Below, piece by piece: positions 53,629 to 64,000 of a stretch of 64,000 bases of DNA. Both the position numbers and the translations under genes were made by a program. Numbering within the stretch: position 1 is the stretch's first letter; each line of letters starts with the position of its first letter. A model generated the notes under the pieces. That model made no database searches. It was not told where the DNA came from and saw only the letters and a list, made by a program, of their open reading frames with translations. This DNA comes from Paraspadella gotoi (Eukaryota > Animalia > Chaetognatha): contig CM119266.1 of the NCBI GenBank assembly GCA_051294375.1, forward strand, positions 19,355,657-19,419,656, written 5' to 3'.

Positions 53629-54203
53629 TCAGTGAAAGTCGTCCTTGTTTTTGCCCAGAGTTTGATCCTGGTTGAAGGAAAAATGCGTGGGACAGTCGCT
53701 CTCAATGCAGTCGTACCTGATCGCAAATACAGAAACTCGATTAAAAAATGGCAGAGGATCAAGCGAAGAGCTATCACACCTGAAACGCGTGAAAGAGAGA
53801 AAGAGAATGGTGATGACGACAAAGGTAAGCGTGATACCGCAAACTTGGAGATGCCGCGCCGCCTGTCGATCAAAGATAACTAAGATTGTTCGTCTGCTCG
53901 TCTCTGATATTCTTACAACGACATTTTCGTTCTTTTTCTCTTTTCCATTCCGTTTCTTTCTTCTCTTTTCCATTCCGTTTCTTTCTTCTCTTTTTTTCGC
54001 TTACCTTAAGTCTCCATTTTCCTCCGCGGGCGTCGCCGGCCTCGAGGTGTTTGTGCGCCAGCGAAGACATGATGAGCGCCAGCGCACCGAACGGGCAGTT
54101 GATGAATGCGCACACGATGAAAGACAGGATCTGAAAGACGAATATGCTTTTGTTACCATATTTTACTGAAAACTTCTGGGTGGCATTGAACACACTCGCT
54201 CGT
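53629..54203 (-). CDS. CD225/dispanin (IFITM/PRRT-like) small membrane protein; ends uncertain
   Basis: ILSFIVCAFINCPFGALALIMSSLAHKHLEAGDARGGKWRLK splices (54005 to ~53862) to AARHLQVCGITLTFVVITILFLSF. This gives two hydrophobic segments flanking an AGD..G linker, as in CD225 domains. Confidence 0.6.
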
Positions 54204-54979
54204 TCTAATCAGATTTGAATGAGTTGAAATAAGTGAATCAGCGGCACCCGAAAACCTCATGAATAACTGAACAAATGGAAGACACCCGCCGAATTAATGA
54301 ATGAAAAGGCAATTAATAAACTTTTTTCACTTGGCGGATGACGTTAAAAAATAACAGATAAAATAACAGTGAGAAAAAAATAATGCGACGAATCTTCAGT
54401 AAAACCGACGCCGCAAGGATTCAATCAGTTTTTCAGTTGTTTTTTTATAAATTTTGACTGAACTTTCTTAATCAAACAAAAATCTGGAGTGACTGTCCTC
54501 CCCTATTAGTTAATGATTTTTCTTGAGTCTGGATTCATCGGACATCACTTTAGTTCACTTCAGTTCACTTCAGTTGATCACTTCAGTTTAGTTCAGCCTT
54601 CAGTTCATTACATCAGTCCGCTTTTCTTTTTTCCTCCTTTTCCTTCTTCTAATGATTTTTCTTGTCTCCCATTTCTTTTTCTTGTTTCATTTATCATCTT
54701 TCTTTTCCCCTGTCATCTCATTTCTTATTACTTCCTAGTTTTTCCCACTCTCTCTTCTCCCATTTGCACTTTGCCCTTTTTTGCCTTTGACAGAACCACT
54801 CATCTCTCTTCCCGTTCTAATTGGCGAGTGGCCACGCCCTTATTTACTTCCCTCTCGGAGAACATTGGATTCTGAACAAATTTGCAAAACTAAGAGGAAT
54901 ACTACCTTGTCTTAGATTTCCATTCGCTAACTCTAACTTATTAACTCCAAATGTCTTTCGCTTCCGCTAATTAAGAAGC

Positions 54980-56201
54980 TGTGGCAGCAAGACTTAAAGC
55001 TGCCTCACTGCTGTCCGTACTCCAGCCTCGTCTCAATGGCTGAGCAGGCTAAATCATCTCATTCCATCCGTGCGTCCCGGGTTCAATCCCTGGGTATCCC
55101 GGTTCTGGCTTAAATGTGATGGTGCCGGTATAAACATGCCAGTGACAGGAGGCGGTCACTGAGGGTCCGCAGCCCCTACGCCAGTTGGTGAGATACCCCG
55201 CGCCCCGGGTATCACAGGCTATCCTCCCGTTGCCATAAGTGGTGAGCCCTACTCTCGAACACGCAACCGCTGCGCACCGTGCGCCCACGCTAACGTGCTT
55301 AGGGTATGCATATCACGCCTATGCCCTACTTCTCTGGTAACGCTCCAGACTGCTCGCTCGCTCGCCCACTCGCTCTCACTATGGCAATGAGATCAAAACC
55401 TTCTCTCAGACATCTCCTCAGGATTGAGGCCCCTGTGGAGAAGTCTGGTGGGGGGATCCTGTGGCAGCAAGACTTAAAGCTGCTCACTGCTGTCCGTCCT
55501 CAGCCTCTGTCTCAATGGCTGAGCAGGCTAAATCATCTCATTCCATCCGTGCGTCCCGGTTCAATCCCTGGGTATCCCGGTTCTGGCTTAAATGTGACGG
55601 TGCCGGTATAAACATGCCAGTGACAGGAGGCGGTCACTGAGGGTCCGCAGCCCCTACGCCAGTTGGTGAGATACCCCGCGCCCCGGGTATCACAGGCTAT
55701 TCTCCCGTTGCCATAAGTGGTGAGCCCTACTATCGAACACGCAACCTTCTCAGGGTACGCTACGACAAACGCCTATGCCCTGCCGACTTCGGGTACGCTA
55801 CAACAAACGCCTATGCCCCTGGGTACGCTACGACAAACGCCTATGCCCCCACAACTCGCGCTCTCTCTCTCTCTCCCACTATGGTAACAGTCTTGTCAGA
55901 CACCTCTCAGGCTTGAGGAACCTGAGTGATGTCTTGGCCCGGGGATCCTGTGGCGGTATATTCACACCGCTCACGTCCACCATCCGTCAGCCAAATCCAT
56001 TGGCTCAGAGGGGAACACACATCCCAGGTGTAGTGTTCCATCCACAGTCCTAACGACTTCCCTCTGCGTTGGCAAAGCGAGACCGTCCTAGGGTAACCGC
56101 GCCAGTGACTGGAGGCGTCACTGAGGGTCGGAAGCCCCCAAAGCCAACAGTGAGATGCCCCATCCCAATGGGCATCACAGGCAACCCGGCTGTTGCCAAT
56201 A
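54980..56201 (+). mobile_element. Tandem TRIM-like non-autonomous LTR element: LTR-A / internal / LTR-A / internal / LTR-B
   Basis: LTRs at 54980-55237, 55460-55715 and 55949-~56201 (TGTGGC...TGCCATA/GCCAATA). PBS-like TGGTGAGCCC at 55240 and 55718. Purine tracts GGTGGGGGGA (55447) and GGGGA (55941) each precede TCC and the next LTR. No coding capacity. Confidence 0.75.
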
Positions 56202-57187
56202 AAAGCCTTTATATATTTACGCTGCCATTTTGCTGCATAATCGAGTAACAGTGGCTTAGAAATTCATAATAAGGTTTTAGGTGTCCAACCATGGAGCTAC
56301 AATTCATGCTACATTTTTCAGCGTTCAACTTAGCAGTAATCGTGAATTAGAGAGTAGTCTTCATCGGAGCTAAAGAATTGGATGGTTGTTATTAGATTAA
56401 TTTAAAAAAAAACCCTATTGCAAATCCGGGCGAGATACTAGAAAATCCCTGATTATATTTCCATATAAAAAGACAAAGGTCTGTTGTGATTTATGACGAA
56501 ACGGAGTTAAGGAGTGATATTGAATAAGTTAAGCTAATAAGTATAATAAACATGATGATTAATAGCTACTTAACCTCAACTGTTTAAGCGATTAAGATTA
56601 TGAAATTGGCCAAACACAATGAGTTTCTCTGTTCTTTCAAATGACAACGAATGGATTATTTCTAACGCCCGGGCTGCGACTGTTGCTCAATTTTTTTTAC
56701 TTTACCCGATGAACTTAGATAAGATTCTACTAGTATTTAAAGTTGCTTATTCTTTTTTTTTTACTTCAGACTTTTTTTAACTTTCTTTTAACCTGGATAT
56801 ATATTAAAAAAGATAAATTATCAATGAAGCGAACGCGTTCGGTAAAATATCGCTTTCGCGTTCAATCCCATTACACCCAATTTTCTATCGCTTTCGCTTC
56901 TGCAAGAAATCTGGCGCATCCATTGTGTACGCTTTCAGTACCCGGATCGTTTCTGTATCTGACAGAGACTTCAATAATACATCTCCCCATTGATTCCAGC
57001 CTCGTTGTCATTCTCTTTACCGCCACCTCTTGACATAACCATTAACCAATTAACCATTAACCATTCACCTCTACCTTCTCAGCTGCTTTTTCTCCCACGA
57101 TTTTTTTTTTTGCTTTGAAGAAAAAAGGATATTTAAGGGAACAAAAATGAAACTCGAAATCCGTCGGAAAAATAAAATCCCCTCGAG

Positions 57188-58959
<1,772 letters not shown>

Positions 58960-59212
58960 ATTTTATTAGCGTTAGACTGAGAGATAGACTTAGAGGGATT
59001 GTCAATTATGGTCTATCGTGTGTAAGACATTCTTTAGCGAAAACTATACTCGATGCACTAAATATAGACATTAAACTAACTTTTTGATGCAGATGAATTC
59101 TAGCTCTTTCGTCATCTGAAAATTTAAGTCTTTAGAAAAAGTACTCGTATATTTTTTCCAACATACAATAAAATAATAATATTAATAAAAATAAAATATT
59201 TACATTAAAATA

Positions 59213-60795
59213 TCATAAACTAATAGTGTATGTGGACTCCTGATGAGCGGCGGAAGTGTCGAAGACGCTGGACGGTGCGTCGAGGAGGTCACGTGACGGA
59301 GGAACGACGCGGGGGTCGTCACGTGACGTGGGAGTGGAGGTGAAGGAAGGCTGGAATTCTGCTGCGGAGGTTGGAGGAGTTTGACGGGTGGGTTGTTGGG
59401 TCGGTCGGTTGGCTGCGGAACAAGGAAATTGGAGATAGAAACTATTTTATTTCTTTTTTGAAATTTCTCGAATGAATTCTGTCTTTCTATCTGTCTTTCT
59501 ATCTTTTTTTTGTTGCTATCTTCGCTTACCTATTGGCGGCGTGGATCGCTTTTGTTGTCCGCCGCCTTGAGGAACGTTGTTGTTGTTGTTGCCGGTTGTG
59601 AGTTGCTTCTGCATTTGCTGAATCATCTCTTGCATCCTTGCAATTTCCGCGTCTTTCTGCCTAAGGACTTTTTCCCTCGACACGGATCTGGCGCTGACTC
59701 TGGAAGCCTGGCGCTGCTGCTGCGTCTCTATGGCGACGGCCTGGTTGGCTACGGCCTGCGCCAGCGCCGCGTTCGCCGCCTTGTCCCCGCGCGCGGCTTC
59801 ACGCATCGTGCGAGTGATGTACTGCGCGCGATAGTTCTCGTAGTGGACGTCGCGGGTCACGTCCTTGAGGTCGTGCATGTGAGTCACCATCAACATGGTG
59901 CGAAGTTTTATGAAGTCGGAATGATCAGGGTTTTCCACTTCAACGATGCCCCAAGGATATTGGCGTCCGCGTACTCGCTTTCCGTTCACTTCGAAGATCT
60001 AAATGGCGGGAAATGGCGGGAAAAAAAGAGAAAGAGGATGAATTTAATCATTACGTTTTGGCTGATGATAGATCATTATTGATTAACGATAATTAAGCAT
60101 AATCGGAAATAAAGTTGTAATGATCAAATCGTAAATGAAGTAAGTTTGTTACGTATAATTCCAAATGTTCCACGAAAGTTCATGTCCCACAATCGATGTC
60201 AAAATTCTCAGTCTCCAGCCACTCAAAACTTTTGTTTAGCTAACCATGAGACCATGTAACACCTGATTGGAACCTATAACAGCGAAGGGCAGGGCCTTTC
60301 TAAGTTCCCTGTCCATGGCTTTGACGTCGTCGTCTTCGTCGTCGTCGGTGGCGGGAAATTCGTAGATTCCGATTTTCGATTCTCGGATTCGATCGAGGAC
60401 GCGGCGCTTGAGCGTTCGGATCTCCGTCGGCGTCAGAGTGTCCGCCTTCGAGATGACGGGAATGATGTTGACTTTGTCGTGAAGGCGAAGCATAAACTGA
60501 ACGTCGATCGGACGGAGCCCGTGGCCTGCGGAGAGATCGGGTGCGGAGGGAGGAATGGAAAAGGTGGGGAAAAGAATTTCATTGTCTTAGTTTTACTGAC
60601 TTGAAAAGGGCTGGTATAAAATTAAATTAAAAATTTAGTATTGTCAGATATTTTTAAAAAAGTTTAAAAACTTTTATTATATCAAAAGTTAATTAACGCG
60701 GGTGAGGCGGGGTAAACTTTTTCAACGTGATCTTTTTCTGCTTTTCATTTTCTCGAGTCCTTTTTCTGTGATTCATCTTTTTGCGGTTTGTGTGT

Positions 60796-60858
<63 letters not shown>

Positions 60859-63015
60859 ATCTCTCTCTCGTCTTCATAGTCTCCTCTCTCTCTCTCTAGC
60901 TCTTTGCCTCCCCAATGAAAACCCGAAATCGAGCTGACTTCTAGTCACTTTAAAGACTACGTTTTTCCTTTTCTTTCCGTTCTTTTCCTTGTTTTAGGCT
61001 TTTTGAAAAAAATATTTTTAATAAGGTTTGGCTCCAGTTCCCACTTTTCTTCACAATGTGTTTTTCCAAACAAATCCCTCCTTTGCTTAACTCGGTGCTT
61101 TTCCTTCAAATTAAACCTCCTTCTTTCCGCTTGCTAGCTTGCTTGCTTGCTTGCTTGCTCACCGATGGGGCTGATAAAGTAGAGGCAGCAGTGGACTCGA
61201 TTGTCTTGAATATTTCGCCTGTTGAGTCCGCTCTCGTCCTTGAAGAATTGTTCGAACTGAGCTTCGATGTAGTCGGAGACTGGCTGCCAACAGCTTTGAT
61301 TGTTCACCGCGTCGCCAAAACCTTTGGAAGAATGAAGTAATAATATTTTTTTTTAAAACAAGGAACGGTTATTCCAAGGTGTTGCGCCGCATTACTTTTC
61401 TTTTTATTTATAAGATTTTTTTAAAAACAAAAGGTGGCGCCAGTAGTCGCTTAGATTTGATTTTTAACAAATGAGCAACAAACTATAGGCAAGTTATAAG
61501 CATTTTTAATGTAAGTGGGACAGACCGACGGACAGACATACCGATGGATGGACCGACCGACAGACCGACCGACCGAAAAGTGACTTATAGAGTTGCTCCG
61601 CGAGTACTCGCGGCGCAACTAAAAATCTCAAAAATTTATAAGGACAATTAATTATTCCGCTAGCTCGTCCATTAATTGAAAAAAAAGTCAAACGCGTTGG
61701 ATTTTGCGAATTTGCTTTGTTTTTTTTTGTTTCGGCCCCGGATGTACGTAAAGTAAGATTTTGTTTTGAACCGAAGCCAAACGCATCGACTCTTCAAGAA
61801 AAGAATTTTTTTTTGCATCATAAATATTTTATGGCGGAGTTTCGTGACGTGGTTCCAATTTATCAGAAAAATTCGTGTATTTTATATGTTAAATGCTTTA
61901 GCTTAGGACGGACTTTGATTTAGTTATCATAAAAATGAAAAAAATATAAATAAAAAATATAATAATAAAAAATAAATAAATAATAGATAAATAAAAATAT
62001 AATACCAAACAGAAGGAAGTTTTCAAATTTTTAATATATAAAGTACAATTACGAATAACACCTGGCAAAGCCAAAAGATAGTTTGATAGTTTAAAGCTGT
62101 CCGCTCCGACCCGACTCACCTGGCGTGTCAACGATCGTGAGACGAAGTTTGACTCCTTGCTCCTCAATTTCGAGCATCTGAAAGAAAATGGGGAGAAGAA
62201 GGCTGAGATCAAATGGCGACGACGACGACGACGACTACGGTTACGATGTCACAACCCAGTAGAAGAAGCAGATGGTAAAGAAATAAAGGCAAAAAAAAAA
62301 ATTCCTCTTTTTCATTCATTTATGCGGGAGAGATAAACGGGTCCCAAGGTCCCAGTTTTTTCACTTTTACAAAAGTTTTTGTCTTGTTTCTCCTTTTTCT
62401 TTATTCATAGACTTGATAAAGTAAATTAATAATAGAATTTATGCAGAAAAACTGGCTGCTTTCGATGTCTGGAATAGAAAAGCACTTTGAAGAAGTTTAA
62501 AAAAAACAAGAGGAAAGAAAAACAAGAAATAGAAATATAAAGCAAATGCTATTAAAATATCATCTCAAAATTTAAAAAGAATACATTCTCACTATGTTAT
62601 TCAACTATTATTAAACATTTAATCAGAAAATGTGACCAAAATCAATGAAAGAGAGACTTTGATCCACTCATCGATTCATCCGCCCCAAACGACTCTTCAA
62701 GTCCTCAACCCACCTTCTTCTCGATCTCCACAGTCTTCTCAATTCGATCCTCGACGACGGGGACGACGCGATCCTCGTAGAGTTCGTTGAGGAAGAGGCT
62801 GTTGATCAAGGTGCTCTTTCCGAGACCAGACTCTCCCACGACCATCAGAGTGAAGTCGAACCCTCGTTTCACACTTTTGCGGTGAATCTGCTCGGGGAGA
62901 GTCGCGAATCCTATGCAGTCGCCTCCGCCGCCGCCTCCGCCTCCGCCGCCGCCTCCATCATCCTCGGCCCCGTTACTTCCGCCGCCCAAGACGCCCAGGT
63001 TTTCCCGAGAGAAAC
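59213..63015 (-). CDS. Septin, SEPT2 group (SEPT1/2/4/5-like); first exon not identified
   Basis: Exons ~63015-62714, 62176-62120, 61321-61163, 60524-60262, 59998-59530 and 59412-59213. Motifs [75 protein letters not shown] and VHYENYRAQ. Confidence 0.95.
61355..61625 (+). mobile_element. Helentron/DINE-1-like (HINE) element
   Basis: AAAACAAG start after a T-run, subterminal inverted pair GTTGCGCCGC / GCGGCGCAAC, a (GACC/GACG)n microsatellite and a 3' hairpin ccgcgagtactcgcgg. Confidence 0.6.
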
Positions 63016-63570
63016 TAGAATCGATATTAGTAAAGGATTAACTTGAGGATTTCTCGTAATGAGGAGGATTGAAGGAGTAATAATTTTCTTTTCCAGCTGC
63101 GAGTTGAGTTGGGATTTTCAATTCCCAGGCGCCATCTTTCTTTTTCTCAATTCCCTCCCATCTTTATTTCTCTCTCTTTGTTTACGATTTTTCATTTAGC
63201 GTTTTGGTTGTCGTTGTTGTTGCTCTTGTGATTCCGCAGGAATCGTGTTTTTTGCATCCAAACAATTTTTTTTTCACTCAACTCTTTTTCAAATTCCCGA
63301 CAATGTCTATCTTTGTATCACGTTACCAGCTCGTCTCATATGTTCAACACGTTGTTTTTTTTCGTCCGCTTTCCTTTTTTTTTCGTCTGCTTTTCCTTTT
63401 TTTTCCCTTTTTTTTCCTTTCAGCTTAACTCTAGATTTCTCCACTTCGCTCCCCATCATTCCAAATGATCATCAAACTCAAAGCGAAAGAGAAAAACTCG
63501 TTTCAAGATTGGGATTCATTCTTTCTCTTCTTATCATTCCGCTTTTCTGTCTTTCTGTATTTCTATATAT

Positions 63571-63656
<86 letters not shown>

Positions 63657-63659
63657 TTC

Positions 63660-63702
<43 letters not shown>

Positions 63703-64000
63703 ATTACCTTCCCATTTTTTGTTATTCATTTACATAATCGATTTGAAGAGCTTTTTATTTTCCTTTTCAAGAAAAACTTTGACCTATATGTTAAATATAT
63801 AATCCCTTTCTCTTAACATTCTGTTATTAACTAGGACTTTCCAAGTTTAGGGCGTCTCAATGAAGATTTATTGGGCGCCATCATTGACTTTCGCTTAACC
63901 CCGACCGCCTTGAAATGTTAACTTATTTATTCTTCCAATTATAACTCAACTAGTCTCGGCTTTTATTTCTTAGTTTTTAATCCCTAAATACCTTTATGAT

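Noticed and set aside
55030-55100. Functional tRNA gene
   Set aside because: D-arm-like and T-arm sequences are present, but there is no anticodon arm or acceptor stem, and it is embedded in a repeated LTR.
55753-55848. Palindromic 28-bp repeats as a CRISPR array
   Set aside because: Spacers are only 10 and 2 nt, the context is eukaryotic, there are no cas genes, and the repeats are inside a retroelement.
59239-59270. CTGATGAG...CGAAG resembling a hammerhead core
   Set aside because: It has GAAG rather than GAAA and no convincing stems, and it lies in the last septin coding exon on the other strand.
59510-60082. 190-aa plus-strand ORF
   Set aside because: It is the antisense shadow of a septin exon. 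The same applies to 42083-42514, 37571-37962 and 25334-25654 for their genes.
63245-63802. 185-aa Phe/Leu/Ser-rich ORF (also 29377-29775, 17277-17694, 39230-39462)
   Set aside because: These are translations of (CTTT)n or (CT)n microsatellites.

Overview
Animal (invertebrate-like) genomic DNA with AT-rich introns, CpG-rich exons, many microsatellites and four N-gaps. I reconstructed spliced genes by hand: an ARMC3-like armadillo gene (-), MEK1/2 (+), integrin beta (-, 5' end lost in gaps), a SPOP-like MATH-BTB gene (-), a plant/fungal-type ADP/ATP carrier (-, frameshifted), a PAP2/PLPP phosphatase (+), an SLC22 transporter (+), a CD225/dispanin-like gene (-), a trypsin-like protease (+) and a SEPT2-group septin (-). 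Four things stand out. (1) An intronless ~1380-aa midnolin carries an FHA domain inserted between its two Catch halves and is nested antisense in a MEK intron; it is a candidate phospho-sensing, ubiquitin-independent proteasome adaptor. (2) A 5-exon stand-alone HEPN (DZIP3-type, RNELAH) gene that the ORF track does not assemble is nested antisense in an integrin intron. (3) A three-LTR miniature retroelement (TRIM-like) has LTRs carrying tRNA-type Pol III A/B boxes. (4) A ~321-bp tandem repeat carries a hammerhead-like motif (retrozyme/Penelope-like). Several conserved genes show clustered indels that look like sequencing errors. All family calls come from remembered motifs, not database searches.
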